Source: a phage
Sequence record: PZ386953.1
Strand: one strand, 5' to 3'
Length of the DNA: 64,000 nucleotides
This document shows, in pieces, positions 1 through 10,822 of this stretch (positions are counted from its first letter, which is position 1; each line of letters starts with the position of its first letter). The translations under genes were made by a program, and so were the position numbers. The notes beneath the pieces were generated by a model. It did no database searches. It worked only from the letters and a program-made list of their open reading frames with translations, and had not been told where the DNA came from.

Positions 1-1
1 T

Positions 2-226
2 AACGGTAACGGTGATGTAACAATCACTATCCCGCAGACAGGTGTGCAAGACATCAGAATCGGTGCAAGACTTGTTGACGGCGTTTCTGAATCTCCAATT
101 CGCAACGGCTACGTTGTCACAGGCTGGCATTTCGGTGACAAAAAAGAGATGCGTGGTTCAACCTACTGGGCAGGACCTTTACAAAAACTTGTAAATGGTC
201 AATGGATCACTGTTAATTATGCATAG
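2..226 (+). CDS. 3' end of tail-fibre-like gene (partial, starts upstream of window)
   Basis: Open frame from window edge to TAG 224-226; last 30 nt (about 182-211) identical to 2240-2269, giving shared C-terminus QKLVNGQWIT; NGNGDVTI motif also recurs in the giant fibre gene. Confidence 0.5.
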   Translation, partial: NGNGDVTITIPQTGVQDIRIGARLVDGVSESPIRNGYVVTGWHFGDKKEMRGSTYWAGPLQKLVNGQWITVNYA

Positions 227-240
227 ATCGGAGGACTAGC

Positions 241-825
241 ATGAAAATACTTCAAGAGTTTAAACTTTACCAACCGGGATCTGGCGAATACCACCCTAAC
301 AAGGGAACCAAGGAGCTGACCCCTCAAGAGGTTGAGGATTACACCGCATACACTGGGTATTTTTTACGTAATGATGATGGCGATTGGTATGTGCAGTCAC
401 GAACATTACGACAAGAAAATCCGGGTTGTATCTTCCTACTTGTTGACGAGAAGGGAATTCTTAAGACATCTACAGAAGAACCTGATGCCCTATGGCCTGC
501 TCCAGGTCTTCGTGTGGTTATCGCCAAAAAAGAAGAGGTACCAGAAAACATTATGCTTCACCACGACGCTTTGCGTTTAGTTGGTGATGAATTTGTCACA
601 GACAATGAATTCTTTGTTCAACAGGCAGAGGGTGTCATAGAGACAGAACTTGCTTGGGCTACTGCTAGAATTGGTGCCTATCAAGACATGATTGACCTTG
701 AATATGATCTTACTGATGACCAGAAACGTAACATCAGAGATTTGAAAATGTACAGGGTAAAACTTCTTGAAATAGATACATCTAAAGCCCCTGACATTTT
801 CTTCCCGGAGCGACCTACCCTCTAA
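241..825 (+). CDS. hypothetical protein (tail module)
   Basis: 194-aa ORF with GGAGGA SD upstream; no recognisable motif. Confidence 0.5.
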   Translation: MKILQEFKLYQPGSGEYHPNKGTKELTPQEVEDYTAYTGYFLRNDDGDWYVQSRTLRQENPGCIFLLVDEKGILKTSTEEPDALWPAPGLRVVIAKKEEVPENIMLHHDALRLVGDEFVTDNEFFVQQAEGVIETELAWATARIGAYQDMIDLEYDLTDDQKRNIRDLKMYRVKLLEIDTSKAPDIFFPERPTL

Positions 826-836
826 GAGGAGGTGTT

Positions 837-1151
837 GTGGAGTTGGATTTGGCGGCATTGTACGGTATCTGCATGGGTACCGTTGTCCCGATCTGTGTAT
901 GGGCTTTCAACCAGTGGCACACCAAATGGAAAGGCATTTCCAAGAGGTTGGATGAACTGGAGAAAGACCTCATCTTAGTGAAAAACAGTATGGTTACAAA
1001 AGATAAACTTGATTCTATTATCGAGACCCGGTTAAGCAAGCTAGAGGCCGATATTAACGACCTTAAGCAGGATGTTAGGACAGATGTCTCCGGCATCAGA
1101 GCTGATGTACAAAAGATTTTGCACATGCTTGTAGAGCATAGTAAAAGGTAA
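837..1151 (+). CDS. small membrane protein with N-terminal TM helix and coiled coil (spanin/holin-like topology)
   Basis: GTG start after AAGAGGAGG SD; hydrophobic segment LAALYGICMGTVVPICVWAF then heptad-rich C-terminus. Confidence 0.4.
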   Translation: MELDLAALYGICMGTVVPICVWAFNQWHTKWKGISKRLDELEKDLILVKNSMVTKDKLDSIIETRLSKLEADINDLKQDVRTDVSGIRADVQKILHMLVEHSKR

Positions 1152-1237
1152 ACAAAGGTCAGGACGGAAAGGACTCCGTTCTTGCATTTTGTTCACTAAA
1201 GTGTTAAAATAGTCCTAAGGAATTTTCTCAGGAGAAC

Positions 1238-2284
1238 GTGATGACTAAACCAGTTATCCCTCTTGATATTTGGGCCAATCAGGATGTTGTGCTTGAAAAT
1301 ACGGGAGAATTGAATAAGTCCCAACCAAAAAAAGAAGAGAGACTGAAAGGTTGGGATATGACACAAAGAGTGGCATGTGAAGTTGTTAACTTTGAACTTC
1401 ACATGCTTTCTGCGTGGTTAAAGCATTTAACAGAAGATGTTGTCCCAGGATGGGATAATAGATTCTTAAGGGTCACTAATAATCTGGCAGACGTTCCAGA
1501 CAAAGCTGCTGCACGTCAAGTTCTCAATGTATACTCGCCTGAAGAAATGGATGACCTTTATGTTGACAAGGCTGGAGACACAATGATCCAGACTCAAACT
1601 TTAGGTCTTCAAAGAATCGAGTTTGCATCCGCGTCAACAGACAATGCGGCGATATACACCACCATAACTTCAGACAAGACGATGATGGATTTCTGGATTA
1701 TGGACAACATCGGTGGTGCTGACGGCACAGACCTTGATGATCCCTCTCACCAAATAGACGGTTTCCGTTGGAGATTTCAACCTTCTGGTGGGCAGCCTGT
1801 GTTTTCAGCTATGAAGCTCAATGCTATAACTGCCAACCGTGCAAGACTGGCTATCCAAGGAAATCTTGAATGCAACGACGCAAAAAGTTCCTCTGCAAAT
1901 GCCAATGCAGCTACGATACCAAGAGCCACTGTTAATGGACAACAATCCTGTGGAAGCGCTCAAATAGGTGGAAGAGTTGATTGTAACGATGAAACCGTCA
2001 GGGGCCAATATGCAACAGTTGGTGGAAGAAACGTGGTCCGCAGGGTAAATGGTAACAGCGCAGACGGTAGTGGTAACCTTACTATCCCTATGCCCAGCAG
2101 AGGGGTTGATGATGTGAGGATAGCAAACCGTTTCAAAACCACCTACAGAGAGTCAAGAGTCTACCCTGGACATGTGATGTGCTCGGGTAACTACGCTTAT
2201 AAACACCCTTATCAAGGTGATTACTGGACAGGTGCTATCCAAAAACTTGTAAATGGTCAATGGATCACTATATCTTATGCTTAA
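1238..2284 (+). CDS. tail-fibre-like protein
   Basis: 348 aa; C-terminal tail identical to that of the upstream partial gene (YWTGAIQKLVNGQWITISYA). Confidence 0.5.
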   Translation: MMTKPVIPLDIWANQDVVLENTGELNKSQPKKEERLKGWDMTQRVACEVVNFELHMLSAWLKHLTEDVVPGWDNRFLRVTNNLADVPDKAAARQVLNVYSPEEMDDLYVDKAGDTMIQTQTLGLQRIEFASASTDNAAIYTTITSDKTMMDFWIMDNIGGADGTDLDDPSHQIDGFRWRFQPSGGQPVFSAMKLNAITANRARLAIQGNLECNDAKSSSANANAATIPRATVNGQQSCGSAQIGGRVDCNDETVRGQYATVGGRNVVRRVNGNSADGSGNLTIPMPSRGVDDVRIANRFKTTYRESRVYPGHVMCSGNYAYKHPYQGDYWTGAIQKLVNGQWITISYA

Positions 2285-2295
2285 AAAGAGGGTAA

Positions 2296-2562
2296 ATGAA
2301 ACTAACTCAGTTTTTATGGGGACTGGTTGCGGCATCTGATGACCCTACGAAAGTGTCCCAATCTAAGCTATGGTCAAACATAGGTATGGCGGTGATGACT
2401 GGGGTGTTTATTCATATGGGGTATAATGATACGCTTCCTGAATGGTATGCGTGGATATATGCGCCTTCGGTAGCTTGCCCCCAGCTTATTAGCAAATTCA
2501 TCTCGCTCCGGTGGGGTTGCCAGCACCCTGACCACGTTAAAAACGAAGAGCAAAAAGCTTAA
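2296..2562 (+). CDS. small membrane protein (two predicted TM segments; holin-like)
   Basis: 88 aa, hydrophobic stretches LWGLVAA and NIGMAVMTGVFIHMGY. Confidence 0.35.
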   Translation: MKLTQFLWGLVAASDDPTKVSQSKLWSNIGMAVMTGVFIHMGYNDTLPEWYAWIYAPSVACPQLISKFISLRWGCQHPDHVKNEEQKA

Positions 2563-2571
2563 GGAGAGATC

Positions 2572-4317
2572 ATGGCGCAAGACATGACAAGCTTTGAGCA
2601 GGCGGTAGATCAAGTAATTGTTGATTCTGAACGTTTGCACCTGATTGTCAACGGTAACGCTGTGGATGAGGTTGTCGTAGAGGATGGGACCACCATCCCT
2701 ACGGTACGAAAAGCCATGCTTGACACCCTTTATTTTAAAACGCCGCCGATCCCTTGGGCGTATGGTGCATCCACAACAGTTTTTAACCAGCTATATGAGT
2801 TTAAAGGGGACACAGGGCCCCAGTGGTGGTACGCTCCCGCAGCATCAAAATCTAACCCGGTTAGAATGCCAGCAGATCCTTCACAATCCCCAAACTGGAG
2901 ATTATATACTGACTCTGCAGTAATGGCAAAATACTATGCAAAACTTAACAGCCCAAGGTTCGAAGGTGACCCGCGAGTACCTACACCTCCAATGGACGAT
3001 AAGTCAGAGTCTATAGCAAACACAGAGTTTGTTGTTGACTATGTTGATAGTATATTTAAAGCCATGGAGGGGATGAAAGTTACTGTAGGATCTTTGGTGG
3101 TGAAAGGTCTTACAGAACTCGCTAACACCATAGTTGGTGGCACCCTTACCTTACATGGACCTGTTAATGGGGCAGATTCTACTGCACGCTTTAGGAATCT
3201 AATCCTCACGGCAAATACTTCTACACTTACTTTTGCGTGGAGCGATCCTAAGCATGCAGACTGGAGAAGTACAGAGCTGCAACCTCATGAAGTGTCCACC
3301 CACAGGGTTATAGCTGACACTATAACTTCTGGGAAACCAGTGGCTAATAATAACGATGTACATTTTGATGGTCTGGGTAATAACTTTTTTGACTACGTGT
3401 ACATTCGTGGTAATGCCATGAAGGCAGCAACCGAACCGACATTGCAGGTCGATGGGACCACCAGGGTTAAGAACCTTGAGGTGACAGGTACCGTTACAGG
3501 GATAACCTACTCTGTTGATGGCACCATGATCTACCCTAGCTATATTGAAAGCACGGGCGATGCATTGATAAACGGCGATTTGGAGGTTGGCGGGTCTGTA
3601 GTTATCCGAGGTACAGCCTCTATCCAAAATATAGCTCTGAATACTTTAAGAGTCAATGAGCGTGCAACTTTTGAAGGAGAAGGGCTTACAGCCAATAAAG
3701 GTACAATTACTGAGCTGACCACCACCACTTTAACTGCAACAACTGCAAACTCTGAAAACTGCAACATTACCAGAAACTTGCAGGTAAATGGAGATGTTAG
3801 TTTAAACGCCGCAGGGACTGGCACCACCTACCTTCACAATCTTGAAATATCCGGCACAGTGACCGGATGGCTGCCAGACTTCTCTAATGTCAACTTTGTC
3901 TGTAATGGTATTAACTCCAGTGGTAAGATAACCACCTCTCAAGAAATTGAGGCTGGTAAAACCATCACTGCCCCTACTTTCCACGCAGGGAAGGTAGATT
4001 TCGATTTAGAGGAGGTTGACGCGTCCAGTGGGACATGGACACCTAACGGGCAGGCCAGTATGTATGTTGTCCACGCTAAAGGGGATTTTACAATAGGGCA
4101 GTGGCCTGGGACATCAGCGGAAGATAAACCTTATCCATTTACTGCGGTTATCTATGTAATTCAGGATGCTGTAGGTCACAACGTGACTTTGCACGATAAG
4201 TATGCTATCCTGTCGGCAACACCTGTTATTAACAACAAGGCTAACAGTGTTACCTTGCTGCAATTAACGTATTGTGGTGTTGGTGATATCGTAGATGTAG
4301 TAATTGCACAACGTTAA
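2572..4317 (+). CDS. tail fibre / structural protein
   Basis: 581 aa, Thr/Gly/Asn/Val-rich repetitive beta-like composition typical of fibre shafts; SD AAGGAGAGA upstream. Confidence 0.5.
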   Translation: MAQDMTSFEQAVDQVIVDSERLHLIVNGNAVDEVVVEDGTTIPTVRKAMLDTLYFKTPPIPWAYGASTTVFNQLYEFKGDTGPQWWYAPAASKSNPVRMPADPSQSPNWRLYTDSAVMAKYYAKLNSPRFEGDPRVPTPPMDDKSESIANTEFVVDYVDSIFKAMEGMKVTVGSLVVKGLTELANTIVGGTLTLHGPVNGADSTARFRNLILTANTSTLTFAWSDPKHADWRSTELQPHEVSTHRVIADTITSGKPVANNNDVHFDGLGNNFFDYVYIRGNAMKAATEPTLQVDGTTRVKNLEVTGTVTGITYSVDGTMIYPSYIESTGDALINGDLEVGGSVVIRGTASIQNIALNTLRVNERATFEGEGLTANKGTITELTTTTLTATTANSENCNITRNLQVNGDVSLNAAGTGTTYLHNLEISGTVTGWLPDFSNVNFVCNGINSSGKITTSQEIEAGKTITAPTFHAGKVDFDLEEVDASSGTWTPNGQASMYVVHAKGDFTIGQWPGTSAEDKPYPFTAVIYVIQDAVGHNVTLHDKYAILSATPVINNKANSVTLLQLTYCGVGDIVDVVIAQR

Positions 4318-4365
4318 TATATCTAACCGCTCCTGACGGGGCGGTTTTCTTATCTGGAGAACACA

Positions 4366-7300
4366 ATGCTTCCAATCCCTTTGCTAAAACTTGGTCGTCA
4401 TTTCCTCGATAAGAGGGGTGGAATTAAGGAACTTGCTGTTCTGTCATACCCAATAGACAACAGTGATGGTACAAGCAATACAGTATCCTATGTAAATAGC
4501 TTAGCTATACTTTTTGATGATGGTCAGCTTAATATTACTGGTTATAATAGGTTCGGAGAGTGTCGGACTGGAGATCTTGATACAATAAACTATCCTAATG
4601 AGGCAGCTTGGAACGTAGACCATGTTTGGAGAGCTGACCGTGCATTTGTAATCCGCACATTCGATAATAAATTTTTCTATATTGGTTGCACAGCTGGTCT
4701 TATCGGATCGGAGGCAGCAGGTGGAAACGATGTTTGTGTCAGAGAGTGGACACCTTTGCCGGAACAGATCGTAACAGGGTTGCATTTGGACACCCATCCT
4801 GAGAGACTTGTTGAAGTAATGGGTGGCGTAAACAATACAGTGTGGGTAATTGCTGCACCAGAGGCTGATGGTATGCTTCACCTGTACGGCTCTGGCAATA
4901 ATACTTACGGCTCTCTTCATGTTGACAAAAATCAACACGCTACTCCAGTTAAGATTGGTGAAACATCTGAAAGTCCAGAGACAGGTCCTTGGAAAAACCC
5001 AAGAATTAATTGTGAAGTTCATGACAACTCGGTTATTTTTGGTGGTCCTAACGGATTCTGGATTGCAGGTTACGATTTCTTAAGAAATAACAGCAAAAAC
5101 ACACTAATTTATCCAGCCGAGCATGCGACTCTTGACCAGTTTAAAGGCATCTCGGTGGGCGAGACATGGAAAGGGTTTATGTGTGGACCTAATGGTGCAA
5201 TTATAGCCACAGAAAGGATGCACAAACCTGATGACCAACAGCTTGTTAATGTGTTTTATGGTCAGGATGTTTGGGGTGACGACACGTGGAGAAGCCTTAA
5301 CATCACCTATACCCATGAAGTAATTATGGCTCGCGGGTACGGGACTAGTGGAATTTTCTTCAATAATGGTACAAAACAGTACCGTGGTTTCTCCAGAAAC
5401 CTGTGTAACGATATTGGTGCTCAATCTGCTAATAATAATCCTAGGGCCAATTTTATTCATTACAGAGCGCTGGCAACAGCTAAGTTTGTTGAACAGACAG
5501 AGCCAGTAAGCTGGACAGAAAGCGTTTATTTTCAAGGGATCCACAGGGAAGGTTTCTTAGGCACATTCTGTGTGGTAAATGGAAAGCTTTGGTGGTCAGG
5601 TATCCCAAGGGGCAGTTTTTCAGGCTCTAATAACCTGTTCGGCGGCAGACTTAACAGCCAAGGGTTCACAGAGATTCCTGAGAATTGGTATAAAAATGTT
5701 CCGGTAGATAGCTGGAGTATCGAAGACATCTTTGATGTCAATGGTGTAAGCAGTGTTAGCAATATATACATTGGCGACACTGTCAAAATGAAGTTGAAAC
5801 CTCAACCGGAGGGTGCTACGTTCATTATTGACAAGATTGAGCTCGTGAACGCTGCAGGTACTGTTGTTACAGATGCAAACTATCAGTTCTCTACTAGCTG
5901 GAACCATGGCGGTGCTAACGAGGTTGTGGTTACCCAGCATAACCGTAACATCAACAGACGCGGTCTGTATTCTGTCAAGATCACCTATCATGATAAACAT
6001 GGCGCTGGAAGAACCCACACCACACGAAACTTAAACTGGAACATTGTAGTTCCTGCATATCCGTCAGACGGCAAATGGCACACTGTTGGCAGGAAGAAAC
6101 AGTTCCATGTAAACGATACTGTATACTTTGGGCTTAACGGCTCTCAGCCTGCTCCAGAAAGCGATACAGCATATATGGTTAGGCTTCACAGGCAAGATGC
6201 CGGATCTACCACGTATGATGTGACCCAGGAGATCTACGACCAGAGACGCAGTATCTATGACAATCTTGTGAAAACACAAGCCTTGTGGGAGTTCAACCCT
6301 AACGGCAAAGGCGGGAAGATGCTGCAGGTTAACGAGCAGAACGGAACATCGTTAACAGTGCACGAGCATGCTGATCCATGGCCTGATCCTGGTAAGCCTA
6401 ACCCAGGTGCTCGCACACTGAAAGTTGTTAGCCACAACGCAGGGTATTTCGGGATACGTTGGGAAGCTACAGTAAAATATGTTGATGGAACAACAAACAA
6501 TATAGGTATTACTCTGGGTGGTACCAGTGAAGATAGTTCTCTGAAAATTGCCTACACCCCTAGAGGCATCTCTATTGACAATATGGATATAGTTCGTAAC
6601 GGTTACGGTGATGTAAACATCAAAGTTACCCTCGGTGAACATCTTGGTGGAGAAAGGATCATCATGTATGCCTTTGACCATGATCCTCGCACCAATGGAA
6701 CCTATGCAAATCAGGCGTGGAGTTACCTGATAAATGCACCTGAGCCAAATACTAAAGAGTTTTATTATGGTATGAAGCGCGATGTGTGCAAGAAAACAGG
6801 AACACATGACTGGATCGCTATCTGCGTTAAAGATGAGCGGACAGCTTGGGACGAGCCTGTTAACAGATGGTTCATAGGAATCCCAACCAGAAGTGATAAA
6901 TATGTCACAGAATATATTGTGTGCATGGGCGGCACCAACCTGAACCTGTGTTGGAACGAAGATGCAAACAAATATTCCGATTATGACTATATGAGAGATA
7001 TCTCTTGTAATCAGTGGTTTAACCAGACTACAGGTTACCCTCCGCGTCAGGCGAGAGTAAACCCTGCAATCTTCACAGATACGCAGGTTTTCTTGACAAA
7101 ACAGGCCAACGAGGTTCAGACCTTCAAGAACAAATACGACCCTAACAAGTGGTTTTATAACTGTTATGGCGCATTTTTCTGGGGTCCGGGGGAACTACCT
7201 AACGGGGGATCTTGCTTCGAGGCTGCAACCTATGGCAGCGACTATATTATGGGGCAAGTCAAGAAATACAAAATGATCCCTGGTCCTGAAACCCTGGGTA

Positions 7301-10002
7301 ATGCTGTTGACCCGTATATAGTCTTCTCGTCTGTCCATGCAAATATGAACGGAGAGAAGTATCCGTTCGACGTTCCGGTAGCCAATGGATACAGACGTGT
7401 CGTGATGATCATTAAGTGCGACCTGATAGGTAAGCAAGTTCCTGCTGAAAACGGAACATCAACACACCCGTTTGAAATTGCTCTGCACTACCAATTTGCA
7501 GATTCTCCTTTTGCAGGGGATAAGAGAATATCTGATACAGATGCACAGCGTTGTAAGAAGGTATTGTTAGGTGCTGGATGGTGGTGGTATGAGTTTGACT
7601 TGACAGACAAACTCACAGACAACACAAAAACTCTTACAGGTATTCGTCTGGACCTTGGTGAAAACATGCACAAAAGTGTCTGCGATGGCACCTATGGTGA
7701 TCCTACAGTACACTTGAAATATGTTTCTCTTGAGCATCCGGAGGAAACTGTTATTGGCCCCAAACTGAGACTGTTTGGCAGCTGGATTGCTAAAGACAGA
7801 GTAGGAATGGGTAAAAAGGTAAGAGGATTCCTGATGGATGCGGGGACAGAAGACATGCTGGTTAATGCAGTGTGGCCTACTCTAGAGGGAACCGACTACA
7901 ACAATGCTGCAAGATCTGTCAACTGGTTTAACATCCACAGAGCCATGTGGACTACCAACTGCTATTTGTGGAGAGAGCTTAACGATAATGCCTTCGGCTT
8001 CAGCAATGGCAGAAGGATGGCTATCATTTGCTGGACAACACTGCAACGTTGCTATGACCACAACTATGAAATAGGTGGTAGAGCGTGGAAAGACACCAGG
8101 GATAGAATTGTGTACAACTTTGCAGACGACAACGGTGGTGGAGCGTATAACTTCGGCACAAGCAGACTTATCCACTTAAACGGATCCTCGGCCTACAAGA
8201 AAGAAGGTTACTCTGGATCCATGATTGAGTGGGGTCTGGTAAAAGATGCTCGCGTATTGATGGGCCAACAACTTGCTGCTGCAATAGGTCCTAACGCAGT
8301 GCAATCTGTTAAACCAGCGTGGTTCGATATTCCATTGTGGTCATCCGGCACACCAGGGACTGCTGCAATCAATCCTACCACGGGAGATCTGGAAATCTCT
8401 TGGGAAGACTTGAAGCAGGTTGGGGGCTGGGATAAGACAGGGTATCAGGTGCAGTGGTGGAAATCTGACGGATCGTTAGCAGCTGATGAGTTTGTTAAGG
8501 ACAATTTCTACACCATGTCCTCTGCAAAAGCACAGGAATTGTTCGGTCAGGCAACTCCGTCAACGATCACCATGTCCATGTGCTGTAAAGACAACAGGAC
8601 TGGAGCTTTGGGGCCAAGGGTTGCTAAGGTTTTCTCAGGTATTAAATGGAATCCCTCTGTTCAAAGTGTTTCATGGAAGCAAATAGGTGATAACAAGCTG
8701 CTAGTTACCCCCGCCTGTCAGTTCAACGCAACTCTTAACGTTGATCCTGCTGCTGCGGCAAACTCAGCTAAAGCTTCTGACTTCTCTGTGTCTAACACTG
8801 CTATGGCAGATGTGAGGAAGATTGACACACTGAACGCCAGAATTACCTGTAAAAACACTTATGGCACATTCCAAATCATCAACAACTTCACAGATGCTGA
8901 TTCTAAGGTAGTGAGGACAGCAAGCCAGACTCTGAGTTTAGGAACTCTGGCCTATGCGGCCCTGATCACCGAACAGTCGGCAACACTCCAAGGAGGTGGT
9001 GTAGGCAAGTCCATTACAACACCTGTGTGGAAGCCAAATGAGTGGGTTGTGTTTGATTTGACTGTGGACTTCTCCAGCGATAATAACTGGACATGGGTAA
9101 GGAATTGCTTGTCACAACTGATGGGTGGTCCAAGCTCCGTTAGTGATAGCTACGACTCCACTGACCCGAGTGTGTTTCAGGTGGGTAAAACTCACCCGGA
9201 GACTGGAGCAACGTTGCCTGACAGGAAGTATGCTTTGGTTTGCATCTCTTACGGGAAGGCAGATGTCACCTTCTCAGGGACACACACTTATAACGGAACC
9301 TACAACTTCTCAAGGAAGTATAGTCTCAAAGCAGGGAACATTATAGACGAGGTTGGTGTGCTGTATAATCCGGGCAACGGCATAGGGATTGTGGGTGGTA
9401 AACTGCAGATGCAGGAACCTTCTATTACCCCTTCCAACGTATCCGGGATTAGAAAGACTTGGGAAAGTAGTAATACCAACATTGCAACAGTGGATGCCAC
9501 CACAGGACTGGTAACATTTAAAGCTACTGGGAATGTCACCATAAAGTTTGTAGTTACAGATGATGCAGGGCGCAAAACGTCTTCAACATCTTTTACTGTC
9601 AAACAGATGGCACCACAGTGGAGAATGTGGATAGGTACAGCAACAAACGGGGCATACCCTAATCCGGCAGGTACTTCTGGTATGAAGACTTTCTCTACAA
9701 GCAAACCGATGGAGTACGGCAGCGGTCCTAAGGTAGGGCAGATGGTGTACTTTGGTGCGTATATTCCTGAAATTATAGGGCTTCCGAGAAGTCAGCTTCA
9801 GTTGCTGTTTGGGGCTGGTGTTGACGATCTTGCCACTTTCGGGTATAGCGACAACATCGAGGCTGCAAGGAGTTCAGGATGGGTAGGGTTCAGAATGGAG
9901 TCTGGAAAGGAAGGCAGGATTCTAGGGACAGCCTCTATAGGTGTTATGTTCCCTGGTGACCAGCAGTATCGTCTAGAAGCCTACGCAACCTTTTCTCGTT
10001 AA
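4366..10002 (+). CDS. giant tail fibre / adhesin-like protein with Ig-like (Big_2-type) domain
   Basis: 1878-aa uninterrupted ORF; C-terminal region NVSGIRKTWESSNTNIATVDATTGLVTFKATGNVTIKFVVTDDAG resembles bacterial Ig-like group 2 domains; no polymerase motifs. Confidence 0.55.
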   Translation: MLPIPLLKLGRHFLDKRGGIKELAVLSYPIDNSDGTSNTVSYVNSLAILFDDGQLNITGYNRFGECRTGDLDTINYPNEAAWNVDHVWRADRAFVIRTFDNKFFYIGCTAGLIGSEAAGGNDVCVREWTPLPEQIVTGLHLDTHPERLVEVMGGVNNTVWVIAAPEADGMLHLYGSGNNTYGSLHVDKNQHATPVKIGETSESPETGPWKNPRINCEVHDNSVIFGGPNGFWIAGYDFLRNNSKNTLIYPAEHATLDQFKGISVGETWKGFMCGPNGAIIATERMHKPDDQQLVNVFYGQDVWGDDTWRSLNITYTHEVIMARGYGTSGIFFNNGTKQYRGFSRNLCNDIGAQSANNNPRANFIHYRALATAKFVEQTEPVSWTESVYFQGIHREGFLGTFCVVNGKLWWSGIPRGSFSGSNNLFGGRLNSQGFTEIPENWYKNVPVDSWSIEDIFDVNGVSSVSNIYIGDTVKMKLKPQPEGATFIIDKIELVNAAGTVVTDANYQFSTSWNHGGANEVVVTQHNRNINRRGLYSVKITYHDKHGAGRTHTTRNLNWNIVVPAYPSDGKWHTVGRKKQFHVNDTVYFGLNGSQPAPESDTAYMVRLHRQDAGSTTYDVTQEIYDQRRSIYDNLVKTQALWEFNPNGKGGKMLQVNEQNGTSLTVHEHADPWPDPGKPNPGARTLKVVSHNAGYFGIRWEATVKYVDGTTNNIGITLGGTSEDSSLKIAYTPRGISIDNMDIVRNGYGDVNIKVTLGEHLGGERIIMYAFDHDPRTNGTYANQAWSYLINAPEPNTKEFYYGMKRDVCKKTGTHDWIAICVKDERTAWDEPVNRWFIGIPTRSDKYVTEYIVCMGGTNLNLCWNEDANKYSDYDYMRDISCNQWFNQTTGYPPRQARVNPAIFTDTQVFLTKQANEVQTFKNKYDPNKWFYNCYGAFFWGPGELPNGGSCFEAATYGSDYIMGQVKKYKMIPGPETLGNAVDPYIVFSSVHANMNGEKYPFDVPVANGYRRVVMIIKCDLIGKQVPAENGTSTHPFEIALHYQFADSPFAGDKRISDTDAQRCKKVLLGAGWWWYEFDLTDKLTDNTKTLTGIRLDLGENMHKSVCDGTYGDPTVHLKYVSLEHPEETVIGPKLRLFGSWIAKDRVGMGKKVRGFLMDAGTEDMLVNAVWPTLEGTDYNNAARSVNWFNIHRAMWTTNCYLWRELNDNAFGFSNGRRMAIICWTTLQRCYDHNYEIGGRAWKDTRDRIVYNFADDNGGGAYNFGTSRLIHLNGSSAYKKEGYSGSMIEWGLVKDARVLMGQQLAAAIGPNAVQSVKPAWFDIPLWSSGTPGTAAINPTTGDLEISWEDLKQVGGWDKTGYQVQWWKSDGSLAADEFVKDNFYTMSSAKAQELFGQATPSTITMSMCCKDNRTGALGPRVAKVFSGIKWNPSVQSVSWKQIGDNKLLVTPACQFNATLNVDPAAAANSAKASDFSVSNTAMADVRKIDTLNARITCKNTYGTFQIINNFTDADSKVVRTASQTLSLGTLAYAALITEQSATLQGGGVGKSITTPVWKPNEWVVFDLTVDFSSDNNWTWVRNCLSQLMGGPSSVSDSYDSTDPSVFQVGKTHPETGATLPDRKYALVCISYGKADVTFSGTHTYNGTYNFSRKYSLKAGNIIDEVGVLYNPGNGIGIVGGKLQMQEPSITPSNVSGIRKTWESSNTNIATVDATTGLVTFKATGNVTIKFVVTDDAGRKTSSTSFTVKQMAPQWRMWIGTATNGAYPNPAGTSGMKTFSTSKPMEYGSGPKVGQMVYFGAYIPEIIGLPRSQLQLLFGAGVDDLATFGYSDNIEAARSSGWVGFRMESGKEGRILGTASIGVMFPGDQQYRLEAYATFSR

Positions 10003-10015
10003 CAAGGGGGTAAAT

Positions 10016-10046
10016 AAAAAGGGGCCAAACGGCCCCTTTCTTTTTA
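10016..10046. terminator. bidirectional intrinsic terminator between convergent genes
   Basis: A-run, hairpin GGGGCC-AAAC-GGCCCC, T-run; sits between + gene ending 10002 and - gene ending 10050. Confidence 0.8.
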
Positions 10047-10049
10047 TAG

Positions 10050-10250
10050 TTAGTAATACTCCCAACATGCCCCATCTTCAGACGGCTTGACGCGCTTACC
10101 TTTATGGTCAACATAGGTATAGCCACAACCTTCACAAATAACAGGTGCTGCATAGCCTTCCTTCCACTGATCCTCAGTGATCAGACCTTCCAAATCTTTG
10201 CAGTCAAAGCCAAACAACTCTTCAGAGCAATCTTTACAAAAATCAGCCAT
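10050..10250 (-). CDS. small zinc-ribbon protein
   Basis: 66 aa with CxxC...CxxC (CKDC ... CEGC). Confidence 0.45.
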   Translation of the reverse strand: MADFCKDCSEELFGFDCKDLEGLITEDQWKEGYAAPVICEGCGYTYVDHKGKRVKPSEDGACWEYY

Positions 10251-10253
10251 TTC

Positions 10254-10718
10254 TCAGTCCTCGCATTTAACAAATTTTTCTATAGATCCACCAAGCACAG
10301 CTTGTTGTTTGATGGCACTTTCTTCATCATAGTGGATAGACTTATGTTCCGTACCTCCAAACTTACCTGTGTGGAAGGTGTGCACCCAAATCTCTTTAGG
10401 AAGGTATTTATTCTCTTCCTCCACCAACTCCCACATACCCCACAAGTGATCTGTGATATCTCTGATGAAATATCCCTCGCCGAGGTTTGTATTCACACTG
10501 TAAGCTGATTCGTGATCTCCGCAAATATAACGGAAGGCAGTGTACTCTTTACCTGGTGTGAAGTGAGTATCCATTAGTATGGCTGTTAAAGAATAAGGGT
10601 CTCGAAAGCCCAAGAACTTTAGTTTAACAATTTCGACATTTACATCTGCAAGATTATCCATGACGATCTCCTCTGTTTGGTTGGTGAGAATTATATATAG
10701 ATCTGGTGGTGGTGTCAA
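10254..10718 (-). CDS. hypothetical protein
   Basis: 154-aa ORF; true start may be the internal Met (MDNLADV). Confidence 0.45.
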   Translation of the reverse strand: MTPPPDLYIILTNQTEEIVMDNLADVNVEIVKLKFLGFRDPYSLTAILMDTHFTPGKEYTAFRYICGDHESAYSVNTNLGEGYFIRDITDHLWGMWELVEEENKYLPKEIWVHTFHTGKFGGTEHKSIHYDEESAIKQQAVLGGSIEKFVKCED

Positions 10719-10822
10719 GCTTAATTTTAAGAGATCTGAGAGGGTATTTTATTCAGGAAGGCAATCGCACAGGGTGGAGAAATTTATGAAGGAACAGGCC
10801 TCGTTTGAGGCCTTAAATTCTA

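Noticed and set aside
4501-9704. Numerous 60-170 aa antisense or out-of-frame ORFs inside the giant fibre gene
   Set aside because: Shadow ORFs inside a long, clearly coding frame; no SD sites
4366-10002. Possibility that the 1878-aa ORF is a virion RNA polymerase
   Set aside because: No polymerase-like catalytic motifs seen; composition and an Ig-like domain fit a fibre or adhesin
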